Of a stretch of 37,002 nt of DNA, positions 10,300 through 19,157 are shown piece after piece; the first letter of the stretch is position 1, and each line of letters starts with the position of its first letter. The position numbers and the translations under genes are program-made. Below the pieces are notes generated by a model that had not been told where the DNA came from, made no database searches, and saw nothing but the letters and a program-made list of their open reading frames with translations. This stretch comes from Gemmatimonadota bacterium (GTDB taxonomy: Bacteria; Gemmatimonadota; Gemmatimonadetes; Gemmatimonadales; GWC2-71-9): positions 1 to 37,002 of the forward strand of contig JBGPEJ010000003.1 in assembly GCA_041482775.1 (NCBI GenBank), written 5' to 3'.

Positions 10300-10303
10300 T
10301 GCC

Positions 10304-12715
10304 ATGACAACCCTATTCACCGACCTCCGCTACGCCTTCCGGGGCCTTGCCCGAGGTCCCGGATTTTCCGCGGCCGCCATCCTCTCGCTCGGCCTCGGTA
10401 TCGGGGCGGTGACCACGATCTTCACCTGGACCGACCGCTGGGTGCTCAACCCGCTCCCCGCCGTCCGGAATACCGATCGGCTGGCCTACCTCCAGACCCG
10501 GGCGCCAGGCGGGGGAAGCTGGTCGATCTCCTATCCGTCCTATCGCGCCTGGAGGGAGCGGTCCCACGCGTTCGAGGGGATCTCCGTCTTCGATCTGCAG
10601 CAGGTCGGTCTCCGAATTGACGGCGGGACCGAGCGGGCTTGGGCGCTGGTCGCTTCGGCGAATTACTTCGATGTGCTCGGAGTGCCGATGCACCTGGGCC
10701 GGGGCTTCCGGGAGGAGGAGGAGCGCGGGGCAACCCAGGTCGCGGTGCTGGGATATTCGTTCTGGCAGCGCCGTTTCAAGAGCGACTCCGGCGTTCTCAA
10801 TCGGGTGCTCACGCTCAATGGCCACGGCTTTACCGTCATCGGGGTCGCGGCGCCCCGATTCGGCGGCGCGTACGTCGGGCTGAACATGGATCTTTACCTT
10901 CCGGTCACCACCCGGTCGGTGCTCGACGGCGCGCGGCCCTGGGAGGATCGCGGATGGCAGTGGCTCGATGGGATCGGGCGGCTCAAGGCGGGCATTTCGC
11001 TCGCCGCCGCCTCCCGCGACATGGAGCGGGTCGGCCGGGAGCTCGACGCCCTCTTCCCCGGCGAGCAGAACCTCGCGCTGGTGCAATCGCTGCAATCGGA
11101 GGGAGCCTCGGCGGTGCTCCTTCCGGTCATGGCGGCACTCCTCGGCGTGACGGGGCTCGTGCTGCTCATCGCCTGCGCGAACGTCGCCAATCTCCTCCTG
11201 GCCAGGGCAACATCCCGGCAGAAAGAGCTGGGCGTGCGCCTTGCGATCGGAGCGGGGCGCGGCCGGATCGTGCGCCAGCTCCTGACCGAGAGCCTGGTGC
11301 TGGGTGGCCTGGGCGGGCTGGCGGGAATGCTGCTGACCTACTGGGGCCGGAACGGGGTCCGGAGTTTCACACCCGCCGCGCCCTATCCGATCGATTTCGA
11401 AACCAGCTTCAGCAATGTGCGCGTCATCGGTTTCGGTATCGCCGTCACCCTGGGTACCGTCATTGCCTTCGGGTTGGCTCCCGCCCTCAGGGCCTCTCGT
11501 CCCGACCTGATTCCGGTGCTCAAGGATCTGCCTTCCGGCAGCGGGCGGGGGCGTCTGCGTGGAATGCTGGTGGCCGGGCAGGTGGCCCTCTCGCTGGTCG
11601 CGCTGGTGTGCGCCGGTCTCTTCCTCCGGGGGTTGCAGCGGGCCCAGCGGGTGGATCTGGGCTTCCGCGACCCCGAGACGCTCTTGCTGGTTTCCTCCGA
11701 TCTCCACCTGGCCGGGGTTCCCGATTCCGCCGGAGGCGCATTGCTCGACCGCGTCCTCGAGCGTGCCCGGGCCCTGCCCGGCGTCCGGGCTGCCGCAGCC
11801 AGTGATTTCGTTCCCCTGGGCTTCGGCGGAAGCTCCTCGGCCGGGGTCGAGGTGGACGGCTACACACCGGCCAAAGACGAGAACATGTCGGTGCAGTACG
11901 CCCGGGTGACCCCGGGTTATTTCGAGACCATGGGTCTTCGCATCGTGCGCGGACGGGCCATCGGCGTGGAGGATCGGAAGGGCGCTCGGGATGTTTCCGT
12001 CGTGAGCGAGGCATTTGGTCGGAGGTTCTGGCCGAGCCAGGATCCGGTGGGGAAGCAGTTCCGTCAATGGAATCGAACCTACACCGTGGTGGGGGTGGTG
12101 CAGGACTCCAAGCACAAGCAGATCATCGAAACCCCCTACCCGTTCCTGTACCATGCGCTGGCGCAGCGCTACTCCTCCGGATTCACCCTGCACGTCCGGA
12201 CCACCGGCCCGGCGCGTGCGTTGATCGAGCCGCTCCGGAAGGAGCTTGCCGCGGCGGAGGCGAACCTCCCCTACCTCGATCCGAGGAGCATGGCCGAGCA
12301 GATCATTCCCGCCACCATCGGACAGCGGATGGGCAGCCGCATGCTCGCGCTCTTCGGCGTCGTTGCCCTGGTGCTCGCGACCATCGGCCTCTACGGCGTG
12401 ATGGCCTACACCGTGAGTCAGCGTACCCGGGAAATCGGGGTGCGGGTGGCGTTGGGCGCGGATCCCGGCGCGGTCTCCCGGATGGTCCTGGCGCAGGGCC
12501 TTCGCCTCACGGCAATGGGCTTGGCGGTCGGCGCCGTTCTGGCGCTGGTCGCGGGGCGATTGCTCCAGAGCCAGCTCTTCGGCCTTTCCCCCGCCGATCC
12601 GGCGACCTTCGGCGCGCTGGTGCTCTTTCTGGGTGGTGTGGCGGCCGCGGCGAGCCTCATTCCAGCGCGTCGGGCCGCGCGGGTGGATCCGCTGGTAGCG
12701 CTGCGCAGCGAATAG
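10304..12715 (+). CDS. ABC permease, ADOP/duplicated MacB-FtsX type
   Basis: DLRYAFR, LLIACANVANLLLAR, QRTREIGVRVALGA, VDPLVALRSE. Confidence 0.94.
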   Translation: MTTLFTDLRYAFRGLARGPGFSAAAILSLGLGIGAVTTIFTWTDRWVLNPLPAVRNTDRLAYLQTRAPGGGSWSISYPSYRAWRERSHAFEGISVFDLQQVGLRIDGGTERAWALVASANYFDVLGVPMHLGRGFREEEERGATQVAVLGYSFWQRRFKSDSGVLNRVLTLNGHGFTVIGVAAPRFGGAYVGLNMDLYLPVTTRSVLDGARPWEDRGWQWLDGIGRLKAGISLAAASRDMERVGRELDALFPGEQNLALVQSLQSEGASAVLLPVMAALLGVTGLVLLIACANVANLLLARATSRQKELGVRLAIGAGRGRIVRQLLTESLVLGGLGGLAGMLLTYWGRNGVRSFTPAAPYPIDFETSFSNVRVIGFGIAVTLGTVIAFGLAPALRASRPDLIPVLKDLPSGSGRGRLRGMLVAGQVALSLVALVCAGLFLRGLQRAQRVDLGFRDPETLLLVSSDLHLAGVPDSAGGALLDRVLERARALPGVRAAAASDFVPLGFGGSSSAGVEVDGYTPAKDENMSVQYARVTPGYFETMGLRIVRGRAIGVEDRKGARDVSVVSEAFGRRFWPSQDPVGKQFRQWNRTYTVVGVVQDSKHKQIIETPYPFLYHALAQRYSSGFTLHVRTTGPARALIEPLRKELAAAEANLPYLDPRSMAEQIIPATIGQRMGSRMLALFGVVALVLATIGLYGVMAYTVSQRTREIGVRVALGADPGAVSRMVLAQGLRLTAMGLAVGAVLALVAGRLLQSQLFGLSPADPATFGALVLFLGGVAAAASLIPARRAARVDPLVALRSE

Positions 12716-12795
12716 CCCGCCCGACCCGTTAGTTTCCTGATCCGAGCGCGAGCGACCTCTGCTCGACACGCCTCACTCCACAGCCCCCGGGCCCT

Positions 12796-13461
12796 GTGAT
12801 TCAGCTCACCAACGTCGAAAAATTCTATCAGACCGGCCCGACCCGGACCTGGGTTCTGCGACAGATCGACCTCGAGATCGCCGAGGGAGATTTCGTCACC
12901 GTCATGGGGCCGAGCGGGGCGGGGAAGTCCACCCTCCTGGGCATCCTGGGCATGCTGGACGCCGGGTGGAGCGGGGGGTACGAATTCCTTGGCCAGCGGG
13001 TGGATCAGATCAAGCCGAAGCAGCGCGCCGAGCTCAACCGGACCTACATCGGCTTCGTGTTTCAGCAGTACCACCTGATCGATGACCTGACCGTGTACGA
13101 GAACATCGAGACCCCGCTGTCCTACCGGGACGTGCCCAAGGGGGAGCGTCAGGCCATGGTGGCGGACATTCTCGATCGGTTCCAGATCGTCGGCAAGAAG
13201 GACCTCTACCCCAACCAGCTCTCCGGCGGGCAGCAGCAGCTGGTCGGAGTGGCGCGGGCGGTGGTAGCCCGGCCGAAGTTGATCCTGGCGGACGAGCCGA
13301 CCGGCAACCTGCATTCGGCCCAGGCGCGGGAGATCATGGAGCTGTTCCGCGGGCTCAATCGCGAAGGGACGACCATCGTGCAGGTGACCCATTCGGAAGA
13401 GAACGCCAAGTACAGCAAGCGCATCGTGCAGCTGAAGGATGGGTGGATGGTGAGGGAATAG
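12796..13461 (+). CDS. Second ABC transporter ATP-binding protein
   Basis: GPSGAGKS, LSGGQQQL, ILADEPTGNL, VTHS. Confidence 0.94.
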   Translation: MIQLTNVEKFYQTGPTRTWVLRQIDLEIAEGDFVTVMGPSGAGKSTLLGILGMLDAGWSGGYEFLGQRVDQIKPKQRAELNRTYIGFVFQQYHLIDDLTVYENIETPLSYRDVPKGERQAMVADILDRFQIVGKKDLYPNQLSGGQQQLVGVARAVVARPKLILADEPTGNLHSAQAREIMELFRGLNREGTTIVQVTHSEENAKYSKRIVQLKDGWMVRE

Positions 13462-13508
13462 GGAGCCAGGGAGCCGGGGAGGCAGGGAGCCTGGGAGCGG
13501 GAGAGCCG
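13461..13508 (+). repeat. Tandem octamer array, 6 x GGGAGCCN
   Basis: gggagcca-gggagccg-gggaggca-gggagcct-gggagcgg-gagagccg, read directly from the sequence. Confidence 0.9.
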
Positions 13509-13575
13509 GTTGTTTGAGACCCAGTTGAACCCCGAAGGGTCTGTTCCGGAGACCCTGCCTCCAAAGCGGTCCCCG

Positions 13576-13862
13576 GTGCCCATTCGGACGTATCGCGATT
13601 TGATCGTGTGGCAGAAGGCGCTGGAGCTGACGACCGTGGTATATCGATTGACCGAGCTCCTGCCGGCCGCGGAGCGGTTCGGGCTCGGTACTCAGATGCG
13701 CCGTGCTGCGGCCTCGATACCGGCGAATATCGCCGAGGGGCACGAACGGCACAGCCGCGGCGATTGGCGTACTTCGAGCCCGCACGCCTGACCGATCCGG
13801 AATTGCTCGCGATCGAGGTCGGCCGTATGCTTTCTGCACTCCTGCGTCGGTTGCGCTCATAA
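13576..13862 (+). pseudogene. Four-helix-bundle protein (TIGR02436 / 23S rRNA IVP-like), internally deleted and frameshifted
   Basis: PIRTYRDLIVWQKA…ERFGLGTQMRRAAASIPANIAEG is the family signature. The C-terminus RLAY…EVGRMLSALLRRL is in another frame, and the usual third helix (…ARGSxxELET…) is missing. Confidence 0.85.
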
Positions 13863-13877
13863 CCGCGCCTGATGCGT

Positions 13878-13917
13878 GGGCTCCCTGACTCCCTGGCTCC
13901 CTGGCTCCCTGACCTCC
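13878..13917 (-). repeat. Inverted octamer array, 4-5 x TGGCTCCC (reverse complement of the 13461-13508 unit)
   Basis: gggctccc-tgactccc-tggctccc-tggctccc-tgacctcc. Confidence 0.9.
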
Positions 13918-15285
13918 TTGCCCCCTCCCCTCGTCCTCATCGCCGACGACCAGGCCGACGTGGCCGAGGCCCTCCGCCTGCTCCTGAAGGCGGAAGGCTA
14001 CCGCACCGCAAGCGCGCACGTTCCCGAAGGGGTGATCGCGCTGGTGGAACGGGAGCAGGCCGATGCGGCGCTCATCGATCTCAACTACACCCGGGACACG
14101 ACCTCCGGACGCGAGGGGCTCGACCTGCTGTCCCGGATCCGTGCGATCGATCCCACCCTCCCGGTGATCGTGATGACCGCCTGGGGAAGCGTGGACAAGG
14201 CCGTGGAGGCCATGCGTCTGGGCGCGCGGGATTTCATCGAGAAGCCCTGGGACAATGCCCGCCTCCTCACCACCCTCCGGACCCAGGTCGAGCTGGGCCG
14301 CGCGCTCCGCGTCACCCAGCGGCTGGAGCAGGAAAATCAAACCCTGCGGCGGAGCGGGTTTCCCGACCTCATCGCCGAATCGCCGGCCATGCGCCCGGTC
14401 CTCGAACTCATGGCGCGGGTGGCTCCCAGCGATGCAAACGTCCTGGTCACCGGGGAGCACGGCACCGGCAAGGAGGTCGTCGCCCGGTGGATTCACGCCG
14501 CCAGCGGCCGCAGTGAGAAATCGCTGGTTGTCGTAAATGTCGGCGGGCTTTCCGAAGGGGTGTTCGAGAGTGAGGTGTTCGGCCACGTGAAGGGCGCCTT
14601 CACCGACGCGAAGACCGATCGCGCCGGGCGGTTCGAGCTTGCCGACGGTGGAACCCTCTTTCTCGACGAGATCGCCAATATCGGGCTGGCCCAGCAGGCG
14701 CGACTCCTCCGCGTCCTCCAGACCGGGGAGCTCGAGCGGGTAGGATCATCGCAGACCCGCCGGGTGAACGTCCGGCTCATCGCGGCGACCAACGCCGATC
14801 TCAAGGCGGAGGTTACCGCCGGCCGCTTCCGTGAAGATCTCCTCTTCCGCCTCAACACCATCGAGATCCGGTTGCCGCCGCTCCGCGCCCGCCGCGAAGA
14901 TGTGCTCCCCCTGGCGCAATATTTCCTGGGACGCCACGCCGCGCGCTACGCCAAGAGCCGCACCGGCTTTTCCGACGAAGCGGTCCACCTCCTCAAGGGC
15001 TACGGCTGGCCCGGCAACGTCCGGGAGCTCGACCACGCCGTGGAGCGCGCGGTGCTCCTTGCCCGCCTCGACGTGGTGCAGGGGGAGGATCTCGCGCTGG
15101 CGCCGTTTGCCGACGCGGCCGGGACCGGTGCGCCGGACGCTGGGCCCCGGAGCCTCGAGGATCTCGAGCGCGACGCCATCCGGAACGCCCTGGCGCGCCA
15201 CGACGGCAACGTGAGCCTTGCCGCCCGGGCGCTCGGCCTTTCGCGCAGCGCGCTCTACCGGCGGCTGCAGCGGTACGGCCTTTGA
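13918..15285 (+). CDS. Sigma54-dependent response regulator (NtrC family: REC-AAA+-HTH)
   Basis: LIADD receiver domain, Walker A GEHGTGKE, ESEVFGHVKGAFTDA, LFLDEI, WPGNVREL, Fis-type HTH ALGLSRSALYRRL. Start uncertain (TTG 13918 or GTG 13876). Confidence 0.93.
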   Translation: MPPPLVLIADDQADVAEALRLLLKAEGYRTASAHVPEGVIALVEREQADAALIDLNYTRDTTSGREGLDLLSRIRAIDPTLPVIVMTAWGSVDKAVEAMRLGARDFIEKPWDNARLLTTLRTQVELGRALRVTQRLEQENQTLRRSGFPDLIAESPAMRPVLELMARVAPSDANVLVTGEHGTGKEVVARWIHAASGRSEKSLVVVNVGGLSEGVFESEVFGHVKGAFTDAKTDRAGRFELADGGTLFLDEIANIGLAQQARLLRVLQTGELERVGSSQTRRVNVRLIAATNADLKAEVTAGRFREDLLFRLNTIEIRLPPLRARREDVLPLAQYFLGRHAARYAKSRTGFSDEAVHLLKGYGWPGNVRELDHAVERAVLLARLDVVQGEDLALAPFADAAGTGAPDAGPRSLEDLERDAIRNALARHDGNVSLAARALGLSRSALYRRLQRYGL

Positions 15286-16595
15286 AGCTCGCTCACGATC
15301 GGAAGATCCTCCTCCTCGCCCTCCTGGCCGGCCTGCCCGCGCTCGGCGCGGCCACCGCGCTGCTCTGGCTGGTGCCGGCCTCCGGGCTCCTCCGCGCGAC
15401 GATCCTCGGAGCCCTGGTTCTGTTCTGGCTCATTGCCTCGCGGGCGGCGCAGCTCCGGGTCATTCGGCCGCTGCAAGTGATCGCGAACCTCCTCGCCGGC
15501 CTGCGCGAGGGTCACTTCACCCTCCGTGCGCGGGAAGAGGAGAGCGACGACGTGCTCGGCGCGGTGCGCCGCGAGGTGAACGCACTGCAGGAAACCCTCC
15601 GGGAGCAGCGGCTCGGCGCCCTCGAAGCCGACGCGCTGCTGCGCCGGGTGATGGAGGAAATCGACGTCGCGGTCTTCGCCTTCGACGCGGAACGCGCCTT
15701 GCGGCTGGCCAACCGCGCCGGCGAGCGGCTCCTCGGGCAACCCGTCGAGCGGCTGATCGGCAGGACGGCCGAGCAGCTCGGCATCGGCCAGTGCCTCGAG
15801 GGGGAAACCCCCCGGATCCTCGAAATGGTGGTCCCTGGGGCGGGGACCGGAAAATGGGAGGTGCGCCGCCGCCCCTTCCGGCAGGGCGGCCTCCCGCTCG
15901 ACATGGTCGTGCTCGCCGACATCAGCCGGGTGCTGCGCGCCGAGGAGCGGCAGGTCTGGCAGCGCCTGGTCCGGGTGCTCTCCCACGAAATCAACAACTC
16001 CCTCGCGCCGATCAATTCCCTGGCCGGCACGATGACCGGTCTCCTCGACCGCGCCCCGCGCCCTCCCGACTGGGAGGACGATCTCCGCAAGGGGCTCGAT
16101 GTCATCGGCGCGCGCTCGGACGCGCTCAACCGGTTCATGGCGTCGTACGCCCGGCTGGCCAAGCTCCCGCCGCCCACCCTCGAGCCCCTCGAGGTCGGGG
16201 AGTGGGTGCGCCGGGTGGTGCGCTTCGAGGAACGTCTCGCCGTTCGACTGATCGAGGGCCCCCCCCTGACCATCCGCGCCGACGGAGACCAGCTCGACCA
16301 GCTGCTCATCAACCTGCTGAAGAACGCCGCCGAGGCGGCCCAGGAAACCGGGGGCGGTGCCGAAGTCACCTGGTCCGCCGAGGAAAGCGCCCTCGTGGTG
16401 GAGGTGCGCGACGAAGGCCACGGTCTGACCACGTCGGCCAATCTCTTCGTGCCATTCTTCACCACCAAGCCGAACGGGACCGGCATCGGGCTGGTGTTCT
16501 CCCGGCAAGTGGCCGAGGCGCATGGCGGCGGCCTGACCCTCCACAACCGGACCGACCGTCGCGGCTGCGTGGCGCGGTTGCGGTTGCCCAGGTAG
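15282..16595 (+). CDS. Membrane sensor histidine kinase (HAMP/PAS-like, NtrY-like)
   Basis: Two TM helices, H-box LSHEINNSL, N-box INLLKNAAEA, DEGHG, FFTTK, GTGIGL. TTGA overlap with the regulator. Confidence 0.92.
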   Translation: MKLAHDRKILLLALLAGLPALGAATALLWLVPASGLLRATILGALVLFWLIASRAAQLRVIRPLQVIANLLAGLREGHFTLRAREEESDDVLGAVRREVNALQETLREQRLGALEADALLRRVMEEIDVAVFAFDAERALRLANRAGERLLGQPVERLIGRTAEQLGIGQCLEGETPRILEMVVPGAGTGKWEVRRRPFRQGGLPLDMVVLADISRVLRAEERQVWQRLVRVLSHEINNSLAPINSLAGTMTGLLDRAPRPPDWEDDLRKGLDVIGARSDALNRFMASYARLAKLPPPTLEPLEVGEWVRRVVRFEERLAVRLIEGPPLTIRADGDQLDQLLINLLKNAAEAAQETGGGAEVTWSAEESALVVEVRDEGHGLTTSANLFVPFFTTKPNGTGIGLVFSRQVAEAHGGGLTLHNRTDRRGCVARLRLPR

Positions 16596-16598
16596 CGG

Positions 16599-17543
16599 AT
16601 GCTCCGGACGTCCCTCCTCTGGCTCTCCCGGCAGCCGAAAGTCTTTCGCTTCGTGCAACGCAACCGGCTGGCCCGCTCCTTCGCCGGGCGATTTGTCGCC
16701 GGCGAGACCGTCGAAACCGCCGTCGCCGCGGCCGGCGCGCTCGCGGGCCAGGGCATCACCACCTCGCTCGATCTTCTGGGCGAGAGCGTCACCCGGGGCT
16801 CCGACGCCGAGGCGGCTTGTGCACGGTATCTCGAGATGCTGCGGCAGCTGGCCGGCGCTGGCGTCGAGGTGAACGTGTCGGTCAAGCTCACCCAGTTGGG
16901 CTTGGACGTCGACGAGAACCTCTGTGAGCGCAACGTCCGCCGGATTCTCGAGCAGGCCCGCGCGTTGCGCGGCTTCGTGCGCCTGGACATGGAGTCGTCG
17001 GCCTACACCCAGCGCACCCTGGATTTCTTCGAGCGCCGGCTGCGGGGCGAATTCGGCGCGCACGTGGGCGTCGTGATTCAGTCGGCGCTCCGCCGCTCGG
17101 CCGCCGACGTCGATCGGTTGATCGCTCTCAAGGCCCGGGTTCGGCTCTGCAAGGGAGCGTACCTCGAGCCCCCGGAGGTCGCATTCGCCGAAAAGCGGGA
17201 AGTGGACGCGAACTACCTCCGCCTGCTCGAGCGCCTCATGGTGGAGGGGAACTACCCCGGCATTGCGACCCACGATGAGCGGATCATCGCGCACGCGCGC
17301 CGGTTCGCCCAGGCGCACGGCATCGAAAGCCGCCGATTCGAGTTTCAGATGCTCTACGGGATCCGCCGCGACTTGCAAGACCGGCTTCGGGGGGCCGGCT
17401 TCAACGTGCGGGTCTATGTCCCCTTCGGCACCCAGTGGTATCCATACCTGATGCGGAGGCTGGCGGAACGCCCGGCCAACATCGCATTCATCCTCGGGAG
17501 CGTATTCCGGGAGGGCCTATCTCGCCGCTCGATCCCGAGGTGA
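16599..17543 (+). CDS. Monofunctional proline dehydrogenase
   Basis: RFVAGE, SVKLTQLG, VRLDME, RLCKGAY, IATHD, FEFQMLYG, YVPFG…YLMRRLAERP. Confidence 0.93.
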   Translation: MLRTSLLWLSRQPKVFRFVQRNRLARSFAGRFVAGETVETAVAAAGALAGQGITTSLDLLGESVTRGSDAEAACARYLEMLRQLAGAGVEVNVSVKLTQLGLDVDENLCERNVRRILEQARALRGFVRLDMESSAYTQRTLDFFERRLRGEFGAHVGVVIQSALRRSAADVDRLIALKARVRLCKGAYLEPPEVAFAEKREVDANYLRLLERLMVEGNYPGIATHDERIIAHARRFAQAHGIESRRFEFQMLYGIRRDLQDRLRGAGFNVRVYVPFGTQWYPYLMRRLAERPANIAFILGSVFREGLSRRSIPR

Positions 17544-17845
17544 CCCTTGGCGGGTATCTCGCCCGGCATGACCGCGCCCCGGCGTTTGGCGGGAGCGACG
17601 GGCAGGCCTACTCGGTCGCCATCTGGGTGGACGAGGAGCCCGACGAGCGAGGGCGCTACGGCGCGGCGCTGCTGTTCGTCCGGTGGAGTCCTGCCGGTGA
17701 TCGCCCCATGGGGACCGTCGAGTCGCCCCCGCTGGCCTGGGGCCGGAGCCCCGAGGAGGCCGACGAACGAGTGAAGGGACTATCCCTCTACGACGTCAAG
17801 GCGGCGCTCGACGCCGCGATCGCGGCGCGGCCGGAGGAATGGTGA
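17540..17845 (+). CDS. Hypothetical protein (101 aa)
   Basis: GTGA overlap with the proline dehydrogenase stop and overlap with the rsgA start suggest translational coupling. Reads as a globular protein (TLGGYLARHDRAPAFGGSDG…LLFVRW). Confidence 0.75.
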   Translation: MTLGGYLARHDRAPAFGGSDGQAYSVAIWVDEEPDERGRYGAALLFVRWSPAGDRPMGTVESPPLAWGRSPEEADERVKGLSLYDVKAALDAAIAARPEEW

Positions 17846-18750
17846 CCCCGCGCACCGGACTCGTTCTGGCGCGCGAAGGCGGCCACTTCCGCGTCGCCGT
17901 CGACGGCGGGGAGGTAGTGGCTATCCTCCGCGGCAAGGCCAAGCGGAGCCGCTACGATCGGGTGGTCGTGGGGGACCGCGTCACTCTCGACGACGGCGAC
18001 GAGCACGGCACGCTCGGTATCTCCGGGGTGGAGCCGCGTAGGAACCTGTTGGAGCGGCGGACGCCCTCGGGGCGGAGCAACCGGCCGGTCGCGGCCAATC
18101 TGGACCGGGTGTACGTGGTTACTTCCGCGGCGGATCCCCAACCCATTCCCCAGCTCATCGACCGACTCTGCGCGATTGCCGAGGCCAACGAGATTCCCGT
18201 CGCCCTGGTGGTGAACAAGTCGGAGCTCGGTTCCGCCGAACGGCTCGCCGCCCGCTACCGCCACGCCGGGTACGATGTGTTTCTGGTTAGCGCCAAGACC
18301 GGGGAGGGGCTCGAACCGCTCTTCGCCGAGCTTCGGGGCAAGGAGTCGCTGCTGACCGGCGCATCCGGCGTGGGGAAGTCCACCATCCTCAACCGGCTCC
18401 AGCCCGGTCTCGCGCTTCGGACCGGGGAGGTCAGCGAAAAGAATCGCCGCGGCAAGAACACCACCGTGGCGGCGGTGCTGGTGCCGCTGCTCGGCGGCGG
18501 CTGGCTGGTGGATACGCCCGGGTTCAGCGACGTGGGACTGTGGGGGATCGAGCCCCGCGAATTGGCGAGCTGCTTTCCCGAGATGCGCAATTTGATCGAT
18601 CGCTGCAAGTTTGCCGACTGCACCCATCGCGATGAGCCCGCCTGTGCGGTTCGCGAAGCCACCACGTCCGGCGCCGTGGATCCCGAGCGCTACGCCAGCT
18701 ATTTGGTTCTGCTCCAGGAGCTGCGCAGCGAACCCAAGGACTGGGAATAG
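17839..18750 (+). CDS. rsgA: Ribosome small subunit-dependent GTPase A
   Basis: OB fold (VVGDRV), circularly permuted G motifs NKSE / GASGVGKS / GKNTT / DTPG, and C-terminal Zn finger CKFADCTHRDEPAC. Confidence 0.93.
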   Translation: MVTPRTGLVLAREGGHFRVAVDGGEVVAILRGKAKRSRYDRVVVGDRVTLDDGDEHGTLGISGVEPRRNLLERRTPSGRSNRPVAANLDRVYVVTSAADPQPIPQLIDRLCAIAEANEIPVALVVNKSELGSAERLAARYRHAGYDVFLVSAKTGEGLEPLFAELRGKESLLTGASGVGKSTILNRLQPGLALRTGEVSEKNRRGKNTTVAAVLVPLLGGGWLVDTPGFSDVGLWGIEPRELASCFPEMRNLIDRCKFADCTHRDEPACAVREATTSGAVDPERYASYLVLLQELRSEPKDWE

Positions 18751-18757
18751 GCGCTCC

Positions 18758-18804
18758 CCTTGACGGTTTAGGGTACCGATGGTAGGATGCCTAAACTGTT
18801 TAGG
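18758..18804 (+). promoter_or_regulatory. Sigma70 promoter overlapped by two palindromic operators (probable PadR autoregulation)
   Basis: TTGACG (18760-65), 17 nt spacer, TAGGAT (18783-88) with extended-10 TG. Perfect dyad CCTAAAC-T-GTTTAGG at 18790-18804 and a variant CCTTGAC-G-GTTTAGG at 18758-18772. Confidence 0.75.
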
Positions 18805-18812
18805 TGACTGAC

Positions 18813-19157
18813 ATGCCGAACCATTCCGTAAGCCTCCTGCAGGGTACCCTCGAGTTCCTCGTGCTCAAGACCCTGTCGTGGGGCCCGATGCACGGGTTCG
18901 CCGTCGGGCGCTGGATCCGCAAGACCACCGACGATGCCCTGGAAATTGAGGAGGGAGCGCTCTACCCGGCGCTGCACCGAATGGAGCGCCGGGGCTGGGT
19001 CGAGTCCGAGTGGGGGGTCACCGAGAACAATCGTCGGGCCAAGTACTACCAGATCACCCGATTGGGTCGCGACCAGCTCCGCCGCGAGGAGTCGAGCTGG
19101 ACTCGCTATGTCAGCGCCGTCTCCAAGATCATGACGGCGGCGCGCGCCTTGGCATGA
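18813..19157 (+). CDS. PadR-family transcriptional regulator (ADOP-associated type)
   Basis: LLQGTLEFLVLKTL, MHGF, EEGALYPALHRME, WGVTENNRRAKYY. Confidence 0.94.
   Translation: MPNHSVSLLQGTLEFLVLKTLSWGPMHGFAVGRWIRKTTDDALEIEEGALYPALHRMERRGWVESEWGVTENNRRAKYYQITRLGRDQLRREESSWTRYVSAVSKIMTAARALA

Noticed and set aside
13510-13862. Diversity-generating retroelement (Avd-like fold)
   Set aside because: No reverse transcriptase and no TR/VR pair differing at adenines was seen in the window.
13461-13917. Repeat arrays as a CRISPR array
   Set aside because: Units are 8 nt, contiguous, without spacers, and no cas genes are present.
10313-17378. Very long antisense ORFs (10313-12769, 12418-14586, 15255-17378; likewise 445-1770, 20444-22045, 23138-24661)
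   Set aside because: They mirror well-supported genes on the opposite strand and have no recognisable motifs. Such shadow ORFs are expected from high-GC codon bias.
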